From a virus (taxonomy: Duplodnaviria; Caudoviricetes), in IMG/VR virus record IMGVR_UViG_3300042293_000428, positions 1 to 55,559 of that record: a stretch of 55,559 nucleotides of DNA; one strand, given 5' to 3'. Numbering within the stretch: the first letter of the stretch is position 1; each line of letters opens with the position of its first letter. Both the position numbers and the translations under genes were made by a program. Below are positions 48,522 through 55,559 of the stretch, in pieces. The notes below the pieces were generated by a model. The model was not told the DNA's origin. It saw only the letters and a list, made by a program, of their open reading frames with translations, and did not search any database.

Positions 48522-49085
48522 TTAATAAAAGTTTAATTGATAATTATTTCCTGAACATCCACAGTTAGATTTTAAAAAATTATCTAACATATTATTTGCT
48601 TGTGTATATAATTTATTTGATTCATATTCTGCACAATTATTAGCTGCAGCAATTGAACCTTGTATAAAGAAATTAATTGTATTTAATGTTACGCTAGATT
48701 GAGTTTTAATAGCCCTATCACATTCAATTAAATCTAATTGAAGGAAAGCTCTATCAAACTTTTCTTGTATTCTCTCCGTACGCATTATTGTTTTATCTAC
48801 ATAATTTATATATGCAGGTGTAATAGAATATCTTAACTTATATATTCCATCAGGTAATGGTTGATCAACCCCAACTTCTGTAATTCCTAAACTTGCTGAA
48901 TTAAATAAATTAAAATCATTAACAACAAAAGGAAGAATAGCTAAACCAAAATTTGGAACAGTTATTTCAATTGTAGGAGCAACAACAAGAGGTGGATCAT
49001 CAGGATAAGTAGACGCATCAGCTATCCCTAAAGTTAAAACATTATATGTTGGAAGTACTAATATATCTAATTTTAAATCTGCCAT
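48522..49085 (-). CDS. Putative tail hub / collar protein
   Basis: 187 aa; Ig-like N-terminal half with LPDGIY, helical Cys-bearing C-terminal half; position after the auxiliary capsid gene. Confidence 0.55.
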   Translation of the reverse strand: MADLKLDILVLPTYNVLTLGIADASTYPDDPPLVVAPTIEITVPNFGLAILPFVVNDFNLFNSASLGITEVGVDQPLPDGIYKLRYSITPAYINYVDKTIMRTERIQEKFDRAFLQLDLIECDRAIKTQSSVTLNTINFFIQGSIAAANNCAEYESNKLYTQANNMLDNFLKSNCGCSGNNYQLNFY

Positions 49086-49107
49086 TATTATTTTTTAAAA
49101 GATTAAT

Positions 49108-49141
49108 AAAAAAAAGGAGAGAGTTTTACTTCTCTCCTTTT
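49108..49141 (-). terminator. Intrinsic terminator after the auxiliary capsid gene
   Basis: AAAAGGAGAGA-N8-TCTCTCCTTTT followed by a T run. Confidence 0.8.
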
Positions 49142-49170
49142 AATATTAGGAATTTATATTTCTACTATTC

Positions 49171-50334
49171 TTACGGTATTTGTGTAGATGTAGTAGTTGT
49201 AGTTGAAGGAGCAACAGTACTAGTAGTGGTAGTTGTAGTGATACAAGCATTACCATTAACTAAAGTTCCTAAAGCAGCTTCTAATACATTTTCAATAAGT
49301 CCACCAATTGGATTAGAAGTACCACCAACTTGAGTTTGTGGAGCAGCAATGATCACTGTTGAATCTTCCATGATGTAATCACCCCACTGATAAGCAGACT
49401 TATCAAGTTCGTTGAACTTAATATAATAAGTATCATAAGTAACTCCACTTGAAACATAAGTTTCAAAGTTCTCATTATACCCATTCATTCTGTAAAGGTG
49501 TTTCAAGTAACCAGCTTGGTAGCTATAGAAGTTTTTCTCTAGTTGAGCAATTTCTCCTGATTGTCCTGTTGGATAAGAAGAACGTTGAGTGATTACAGAG
49601 TTAGCAACAATGTTACAGCTATCAGCAACAATAAAGTCAGCAGTAGTAGCTGGACCAGAATATACAAAAGTTCTGAAAGACATTCTGTCATATTCAAAAG
49701 GGAAAGCAGCAACATCACATGGTTGACCATATTTTGTTAAAGGTTTTCCAGTAATACGTAAAATAGTACCACCTACATTTTCAAATGTATAGAATGTGTT
49801 GAAGCTAATGTTATCAGGATTGATACCAGGAGCTTGTGCACGTAATTTTGTAATCAATTGATTAATTAATGCATTATCATCAACGTCAACACATACATCA
49901 CCACCACACTCACAACAAGGAGCTTGAATAGTTACTGAGCGAGTGAATCCATTGAAATACAATGTATCAATATAAGAAGAATGTGCACGCAATGTTAATG
50001 TAAGTGTGTCTCCACATTGTACAGAAAAATTAGTTACATCAGTAATTTGATTAGCTGCTGTTGGGCAACCAATTACTTTATACCATTCAGATACATTAGA
50101 TCCATTAGAAGCAATTCTATCAGATCTTTTAGATGCTTGAAGGTAAGTGTTTTCTCTACCTTGTGCAACGTAGAAATAAGGTTTAGCAGCAATATTAGCA
50201 ACAGTTGCTAATGAATAATCGCTTCTAAATACACCCACTCTACCTGCAGTCAGGTCTTGGGTTGAACCAGAGCTAGGAAGAGTAGTCTGTCCTACTGGAA
50301 CCACGAATAACGTGGTTAATGAAAAATCAGCCAT
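49171..50334 (-). CDS. Putative auxiliary capsid (decoration) protein with Thr-rich tail
   Basis: 387 aa; third gene after the MCP; followed by a terminator; C-ending codon preference like the MCP, suggesting high expression. Confidence 0.6.
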   Translation of the reverse strand: MADFSLTTLFVVPVGQTTLPSSGSTQDLTAGRVGVFRSDYSLATVANIAAKPYFYVAQGRENTYLQASKRSDRIASNGSNVSEWYKVIGCPTAANQITDVTNFSVQCGDTLTLTLRAHSSYIDTLYFNGFTRSVTIQAPCCECGGDVCVDVDDNALINQLITKLRAQAPGINPDNISFNTFYTFENVGGTILRITGKPLTKYGQPCDVAAFPFEYDRMSFRTFVYSGPATTADFIVADSCNIVANSVITQRSSYPTGQSGEIAQLEKNFYSYQAGYLKHLYRMNGYNENFETYVSSGVTYDTYYIKFNELDKSAYQWGDYIMEDSTVIIAAPQTQVGGTSNPIGGLIENVLEAALGTLVNGNACITTTTTTSTVAPSTTTTTSTQIP

Positions 50335-50358
50335 TTTTTATTTATTTAAATTAATAGT

Positions 50359-51090
50359 TTATTCGTTTGTTTGTATTCTGAATTGTGCATTTTGTACAGC
50401 AGATTGATTTTCAGTATACATTGCTAGATTTTGAACTGTTAAATCTAAAAGTTCATCTTCTAAGTATGTTTCAAGCTCACAGTCTTGATCAAATGATGGT
50501 TCACCATCTAACATTATATATCCTGTTTTATTAATGTAAAGAGGATATCGCATGTACATTATTTGTAAATTCTTAGGGGTAAAGGTACCATCAGTAAATA
50601 TACTTATTTCATCAGATGCAAGAAAGTTAAATGTTTCTTGATATTCAAATGATGGTTTGTAATGTTCATTATTTAATATGAATTGAAGATCACCGTGTTT
50701 AGCAAGATCTCTATTAATCCATATCTTTCTATCTTTACATCTTCCTTTGTCAGCTAATGCATAACTGTCAACGTAAAACATATATTTTGGTTCAAGCGTA
50801 TGAAGATTAGCAGCCCATTGATTCAAATCAGCATCCTTTAATGTTAAAGGAAGTGGTTGGTGATTATAGTTCATTACAAGACTTTGTAAATCTTCATAAC
50901 GCTTTTTAAATGAATCTTGTCCTAATCCACTAGCAGTACTTATACCATCAATTTTCTGTTTTATTAATTTGATCTGAGCTTCATTCAAAGCTAATATCTT
51001 ATCTTCTAATTGAATTTGTTGATGTGCATTAGTTGACAGTTTATTCAGTCTTTGATCTACTTTATACAATAAACTATCTACTGGTATCAT
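50359..51090 (-). CDS. Conserved crAss-like capsid-block protein, putative ring protein
   Basis: LNEAQ...KRYEDLQ.L...Y.RYP...CEL pattern; gene order. Confidence 0.6.
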   Translation of the reverse strand: MIPVDSLLYKVDQRLNKLSTNAHQQIQLEDKILALNEAQIKLIKQKIDGISTASGLGQDSFKKRYEDLQSLVMNYNHQPLPLTLKDADLNQWAANLHTLEPKYMFYVDSYALADKGRCKDRKIWINRDLAKHGDLQFILNNEHYKPSFEYQETFNFLASDEISIFTDGTFTPKNLQIMYMRYPLYINKTGYIMLDGEPSFDQDCELETYLEDELLDLTVQNLAMYTENQSAVQNAQFRIQTNE

Positions 51091-51117
51091 ATGCTTTTAT
51101 ATTATTAAACTAACTGC

Positions 51118-52086
51118 TTAAATAGCAGCTAGTTTTTTAGTTTTTAGTTTTCCTTCTAATATTAATAACTCATCTTGGTTATCATCATCAGCTAAGAATC
51201 TAATTAAATCATCTTCATCTTTTGCCACTTCATACTCACCTTCATAAACCTTACCGTTAGGTTTGATTCTATACACTGAATGTGCTGTAGCTTGTTTAAC
51301 TAAATCTTTAATATGGAGTAAGTCATCTTTCATTGTAGCAAATCTATTGAACACTTCAACTGGATTTAATCCTGAATATTTACCATTCTTAAATTCTGTT
51401 TGTTTCAATACGTTATCTACTTGATTGTAAACAACTTCTTCTTTGGTTTCTTCTGTTACTGGAAGACCTAAAAGTCTTGCAACTTTTTTCTTCTTATCAG
51501 GAGTCATTGAATCAAACATAACAATTGCTTTATTAATCAATTGTTTTTTCTTATATATTACAGCATTCTCAATCTCATCATCTACAACATAGAACTGTGT
51601 CTCTGCTGGATACTCACCTCTTTCCCAAGCTTGGTGAGAAGATGCAATTGTAGGATGTACTCTTAACCATGAAAAGGCTAGTTCTTGAAATGGAACTGAT
51701 AAATCATAATAATTATCACCATCCATTAGTTTAACAGATTGAACATGTGTTTGATCATCTGTAGAAGTAGAAAGTCCATAGTTCCAAAATTGTGAACGAG
51801 GTCCTAAATCAATATCACCTAACTCATACTCAAGTTTTTCTTTAAGTTTAGTAACTCTCTCGATTTCTAACTCTTTTTCTAGAGGATCTGAAATTCTTCT
51901 GATGTATGAAGCAGTAGGATCTAATCCTGTTCTGTACTTACCATCTAATTCTTTATAAGGATATTTGAATACTCCTGTTCCAGGGATTCTTGTCATTCCT
52001 TTTTGTGCTAGTCCACTATCCATTGTCTGAAGTTGTGTACTACTGAACTCTCTCTTTATAGTAGAGATTTTTCCTATTTTTGCCAT
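51118..52086 (-). CDS. Conserved crAss-like protein immediately downstream of the MCP, function unknown
   Basis: 322 aa, A-rich leader; gene order of the crAss capsid block. Confidence 0.6.
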   Translation of the reverse strand: MAKIGKISTIKREFSSTQLQTMDSGLAQKGMTRIPGTGVFKYPYKELDGKYRTGLDPTASYIRRISDPLEKELEIERVTKLKEKLEYELGDIDLGPRSQFWNYGLSTSTDDQTHVQSVKLMDGDNYYDLSVPFQELAFSWLRVHPTIASSHQAWERGEYPAETQFYVVDDEIENAVIYKKKQLINKAIVMFDSMTPDKKKKVARLLGLPVTEETKEEVVYNQVDNVLKQTEFKNGKYSGLNPVEVFNRFATMKDDLLHIKDLVKQATAHSVYRIKPNGKVYEGEYEVAKDEDDLIRFLADDDNQDELLILEGKLKTKKLAAI

Positions 52087-52121
52087 AATGTAGTTTAATT
52101 AATTGTTTTGGTTTATTTTAG

Positions 52122-52192
52122 TTGCGGATTAAGGACTCGAACCTTGCCATTGGGTTATGAGCCCGATATGCTACCAATTACACTAAACCGCC
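52122..52192 (-). tRNA. tRNA-Met(CAT), initiator-like, with several stem mismatches
   Basis: GGCGGTT-TA-GTGT AATTGGTA GCAT-A-TCGGG CTCATAA CCCAA-TGG-CAAGG TTCGAGT CCTTA-ATCCGCA-A; three G-C pairs in the anticodon stem; 1:72 mismatch; no encoded CCA. Confidence 0.8.
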
Positions 52193-52196
52193 TTGC

Positions 52197-52396
52197 AGAG
52201 TGTTCCAATTGAATGGAATGCGACTGTGGACACCACAATCCATCACTCTTAGACTGTCCAAACTAAATCCTGCTTTCGCTGTCTAGATATTGTTCTGTCT
52301 ATATTTGAGATCAATCCCCTCTAGGAGGGAGAGGAGTTGAGGGGATCTTTCTCGGAAAAAAGAGATGCATGCTGTTCTATAACGGGAAGCAATGCA
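52197..52396 (-). ncRNA. Candidate structured RNA (four consecutive stem-loop domains) between the MCP gene and the tRNA
   Basis: GC-enriched, no ORF; pairings found by eye at 52396-52366, 52353-52307, 52285-52250 and 52249-52197. Confidence 0.55.
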
Positions 52397-52409
52397 ACTA
52401 CTGTTATTT

Positions 52410-53975
52410 TTAGAATTGTGGGATTTCCTCAATCAACACAGTTCTTGACAAATCTTCGATAAATACATCACATCTGTCTTTCATCCAGATTTCGTATCCT
52501 GGGAATTTGTTAGCACTTGACATACCTTGAGATTTAGCAAAACCTAAGTGATGACGAGTTCCATCAATATAACCCCAAGTCATAGAAGGAGCACCTTTCA
52601 TACGTACTTCTCTAATGTTATTCACCATAGAACCATCACCCATTGGAGAAACATCAAACACCATAAATACAGGAGTAGATTTTTTGTTTTGTCCAAACTC
52701 TAGGTTAGTTTGTGGTAAATCTAATTCTTTTAAGTGAATCAATTCAACACGACCAGTCTCACGTGTAACCATTGCATCAAATGCAAAGTTGTAAGTGATG
52801 TGTTGTCCTTCACCTTGCATATATCTGTTTCCAGAATCTGCCATAAATGTAAGACCAGAGTTTAATGCATCTGTTTTCAAAGCTTGTTGGAATACATCGA
52901 ATCCAGCTTCATTAGTGTACATTTTAACACGTCTGTCTTTTACATCCACTCTTCTGTAGAACAAATCTCCAAAAACTGAACGAATCAAGTTAGCAGAGAA
53001 TTCACCTCTGTTGTATTGAACAAGGTTACCGTTGTTACGCATTCTGTGATAAACACCAGCAGATGTACGTTTAACTTCTTGTTTAGAACCATTAGTTTTA
53101 ACTGTACCTGGTTTAGCCCAAATCATACGTTTAACTTTAAGCTCAAGCATAGATTTACGCATCCAGAACTCAATGAACGGTTCCCATTTAACATCGTTAC
53201 GAGTAAGTGGCAATTGGTTACGTCTTTGTGGAGCATATACCAAGATGTCAAGAGATTTACCTGAAGCATCTTTCATCATTTTGTCATCAGCCCATTCAGT
53301 GATTTTGTGCTCATATCCATATGCAGAACCTAATGATTCAAACATTGTAATTTGCTCACCCAAACGAGGAAGACCTAATAAGTCTTGATCAAATTCTCCA
53401 ATTGCAGCATCAACTAATTCTAGTTCAATACCATGTTGCAAGAACAAAGGATTAACAAAATCAACAGTTGGGTTATCAGTCACAAGAGTGAATGAATACA
53501 AGAATCCCATGTTCCATGGTAAAGGATCTTTAACAACATAGAAACGTGGACCATACTGACGAGTACCTACAGATACGATAGCATTTTTAGAGAATTCATT
53601 AGTATCTAATACTAATTGAAATTCTTGACCATCAATACCAACTTTACCAGAACCAGAAAGGATGTCTGTTGTGAAGTTAGGAACATCAATAATTTTTGGG
53701 AATTTGTAAGGAACTGCTACTTGCCATTTCCATGCATCACTATTATTATCAATGTAATAAGGTGTGCTTTTGTTGATCATGTCCAAGAAGTCGTTACTAT
53801 ACAATGAGCTCTGTGTATATAAAGAGATGATCTTTTTATCATAATCAGCAGGCTCAGTAGAGTGAAAACTCTCTAAGTGATTTGAGTCTGTAAGTTTACC
53901 AACCGCACGTTTGTCCATAGACGCTACACGTGCATACGTAAAACCTGTTAACCCAGGGATTGTTTGTAATGCCAT
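52410..53975 (-). CDS. Major capsid protein (crAss-like, HK97 fold)
   Basis: 521 aa; LTDSNHL, MYTNEAG..VFQ, V.LIHL..LD motifs; strong codon bias; portal-scaffold-MCP gene order. Confidence 0.88.
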   Translation of the reverse strand: MALQTIPGLTGFTYARVASMDKRAVGKLTDSNHLESFHSTEPADYDKKIISLYTQSSLYSNDFLDMINKSTPYYIDNNSDAWKWQVAVPYKFPKIIDVPNFTTDILSGSGKVGIDGQEFQLVLDTNEFSKNAIVSVGTRQYGPRFYVVKDPLPWNMGFLYSFTLVTDNPTVDFVNPLFLQHGIELELVDAAIGEFDQDLLGLPRLGEQITMFESLGSAYGYEHKITEWADDKMMKDASGKSLDILVYAPQRRNQLPLTRNDVKWEPFIEFWMRKSMLELKVKRMIWAKPGTVKTNGSKQEVKRTSAGVYHRMRNNGNLVQYNRGEFSANLIRSVFGDLFYRRVDVKDRRVKMYTNEAGFDVFQQALKTDALNSGLTFMADSGNRYMQGEGQHITYNFAFDAMVTRETGRVELIHLKELDLPQTNLEFGQNKKSTPVFMVFDVSPMGDGSMVNNIREVRMKGAPSMTWGYIDGTRHHLGFAKSQGMSSANKFPGYEIWMKDRCDVFIEDLSRTVLIEEIPQF

Positions 53976-54003
53976 TTTATTTAAATTTATTAATTATTAA
54001 TTG

Positions 54004-55251
54004 TTATGAAAACCATGATTTTGGATTAGAACCACCAGTGGCTCCAGTTGTTTTAGCTTTAGTAACTTGTCTTGCAACTTCTCCAAACAGTTCATTAGAT
54101 TTTTTCGTAACACCTGTTCTTTGTATGGTTGATAATGTAGGATCTTTTTCTAACATTTTTAAAAGAAGACCTATTTTAACTTTCTGTGCGTGATTCTCTG
54201 GTCTTTTTAAATCCAATATGGCACGATCAAAATCAGTTAAAGTTTCTCCTGAAGGAGTTTTCCACTTATCAACTAATAAGAAGTCTTGTAGTTCTGTTGC
54301 TAATTTTGGATTGATAGGGATACCATCAAACTCTTTTGCTTTCACCTTATCTTGTAAGATGGTTTGCACATTATTTATGTACTGATTTCTGACTTGAGCT
54401 TTTTGTTGTAACTCAGCTTCAGACTTAGATTCTAGATCTTGTAACTTTGCTGCTTCTTTTTTAACCAATACTTTATGGTTTCTAGTAGCAACACTTTCTA
54501 AATCACCGTAATTTTTTAATCTTTCGATTTCTGTTTCTATATCTTCTGATTCAAATCCTTGATTAGTTAATGCTTGTTTCATTATTCTAACTTGGTTATT
54601 CTCATCAGATAAATCCATTTCAGCAAATCCAACAACATTATTATATGTAGTGAAATATTCTTTAGGATTAACTCCTTTTACAAATATGGCATCAAAAGCT
54701 TCTTGGTAATCTTCTCCAAATTGTCCTATGAAATTTTGAACAATTTCACTAGCACCTTTTTTCTTTTCATCATTGAATCTTTCTAGAAACTCTTCTGCAG
54801 TGTTTACTGGTTCTTGCTCATCATCATCAGATGTAAATACACCTAATTTATATAAGTCATTAGCAAGTGCAGTGAATTGTGTTCCTTGTGGTTCATCATC
54901 TGCTTCCTCAGTATTATTAATACTTGCAGATTTTGCAAGTTTTAATACTGGAGCATCTTCTTCTTCTTCATCATCACTATCACTTAGGAAATCAGAAATC
55001 ATTGATTGCCCTTCTAGTTTTTCTTCATCTGTTTTACCATCAACGTTTTTAGGAGGAACTATATCCTTACCTTTTGGTACATCTGGTTTAGCAGGTGCAG
55101 TAGGAGGAGTTGCTTCATCAATGATAGCGGTAACATCTTCTGGATTAGAAGTTGATGTTTCAGGAGAATATAAGTCATTTAATAGTTCCTGGTTGCCCAT
55201 TCCCATTTCCATAGTACCCTGGATACTAAAGTTATCTAAATTATCAGCCAT
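54004..55251 (-). CDS. Acidic protein upstream of the MCP, putative scaffold/assembly protein
   Basis: Disordered Asp/Glu/Pro-rich N-terminus, coiled-coil C-terminal half; lies between portal and MCP. Confidence 0.65.
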   Translation of the reverse strand: MADNLDNFSIQGTMEMGMGNQELLNDLYSPETSTSNPEDVTAIIDEATPPTAPAKPDVPKGKDIVPPKNVDGKTDEEKLEGQSMISDFLSDSDDEEEEDAPVLKLAKSASINNTEEADDEPQGTQFTALANDLYKLGVFTSDDDEQEPVNTAEEFLERFNDEKKKGASEIVQNFIGQFGEDYQEAFDAIFVKGVNPKEYFTTYNNVVGFAEMDLSDENNQVRIMKQALTNQGFESEDIETEIERLKNYGDLESVATRNHKVLVKKEAAKLQDLESKSEAELQQKAQVRNQYINNVQTILQDKVKAKEFDGIPINPKLATELQDFLLVDKWKTPSGETLTDFDRAILDLKRPENHAQKVKIGLLLKMLEKDPTLSTIQRTGVTKKSNELFGEVARQVTKAKTTGATGGSNPKSWFS

Positions 55252-55284
55252 ATGTAGTTGTATTTTTGTTTGGTTTATTTAGTG

Positions 55285-55359
55285 TAAATGTATAATAAGA
55301 GTTTCTAATATCAAAGTGTTATGAGTCAATGTGATCCAATTTTCTTGATAATATAGCAT
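55285..55359 (-). promoter_or_regulatory. Capsid operon promoter TTTG-N19-TACATTTA with upstream GCTATATTAT box (55357-55348)
   Basis: -33/-7 spacing; third copy of the box. Confidence 0.6.
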
Positions 55360-55369
55360 TAATATATTT

Positions 55370-55396
55370 TTCTCCTCCGAAGAGGAGAAGTTTTTT
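55370..55396. terminator. Stable hairpin TTCTCCTC-TTCG-GAGGAGAA after the portal stop
   Basis: Perfect 8-bp stem with a C(UUCG)G loop on the minus strand; the T-tract follows only on the plus strand. Confidence 0.55.
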
Positions 55397-55559
55397 AACC
55401 TTTTTTGTTATTACGTCCTTTAGCATTCTCACGAGCAACAGCTAAATCATTTGCCATATTTTCTCTTTGCACTGCTAATTTCTCTTTTTCTATAGACATT
55501 TTATCGCTAGCTTGTTTATTCTTAGATTGAATGTCAGCCATTTTTAATCCATAATCTTT
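55395..55559 (-). CDS. C-terminal fragment of an upstream gene, probably the portal protein
   Basis: Open frame from the window edge: KDYGLKMADIQSKNKQ...ARENAKGRNNKKG*; charged coiled-coil tail; expected position of the portal. Confidence 0.6.
   Translation of the reverse strand, partial: KDYGLKMADIQSKNKQASDKMSIEKEKLAVQRENMANDLAVARENAKGRNNKKG

Noticed and set aside
52087-52400. Known self-cleaving ribozyme (hammerhead, or tRNA-associated HDV-like theta) next to the tRNA
   Set aside because: No CUGAUGA core, and the tRNA 3' trailer is a short A-rich leader without a nested pseudoknot. An Infernal search would be needed to exclude other classes.
1-55559. CRISPR array or tandem DNA repeat array
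   Set aside because: No regularly spaced direct repeats seen; the only low-complexity runs are coding poly-Thr and acidic tracts.

Overview
AT-rich, almost entirely minus-strand segment of a crAss-like (Crassvirales-type) podophage genome. A Bacteroidota host is inferred from TTTG-N19/20-TAnnTTTG promoters and the absence of Shine-Dalgarno sites. Read in the direction of transcription (right to left): portal C-terminus, putative scaffold, major capsid protein, a structured non-coding region with a Met(CAT) tRNA, conserved capsid-block genes, tail collar/spike genes, a metallophosphoesterase, ring proteins, an IHF-like gene, an HNH homing endonuclease, a split muzzle/tail-stabilisation gene, internal cargo proteins, a 4457-aa virion RNA polymerase polyprotein, a polyvalent zincin/ART/PD-(D/E)XK protein, and a lysis cassette invaded by a GIY-YIG endonuclease. 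Most notable observations: (1) two classes of upstream motifs at fixed spacing from host-type promoters, a possible late-gene activation code; (2) cargo proteins punctuated by about 20 copies of a short xxxG(G) motif that brackets discrete domains; (3) a homing endonuclease that appears to have duplicated and replaced the catalytic 3' end of the endolysin; (4) a multi-hairpin RNA with a tRNA-like element after the capsid gene; (5) poly-Thr tracts and Cys-rich modules shared among virion proteins; (6) two small ORFs missed by the ORF track. All product calls rest on motifs and gene order recognised by eye; no database searches were run.
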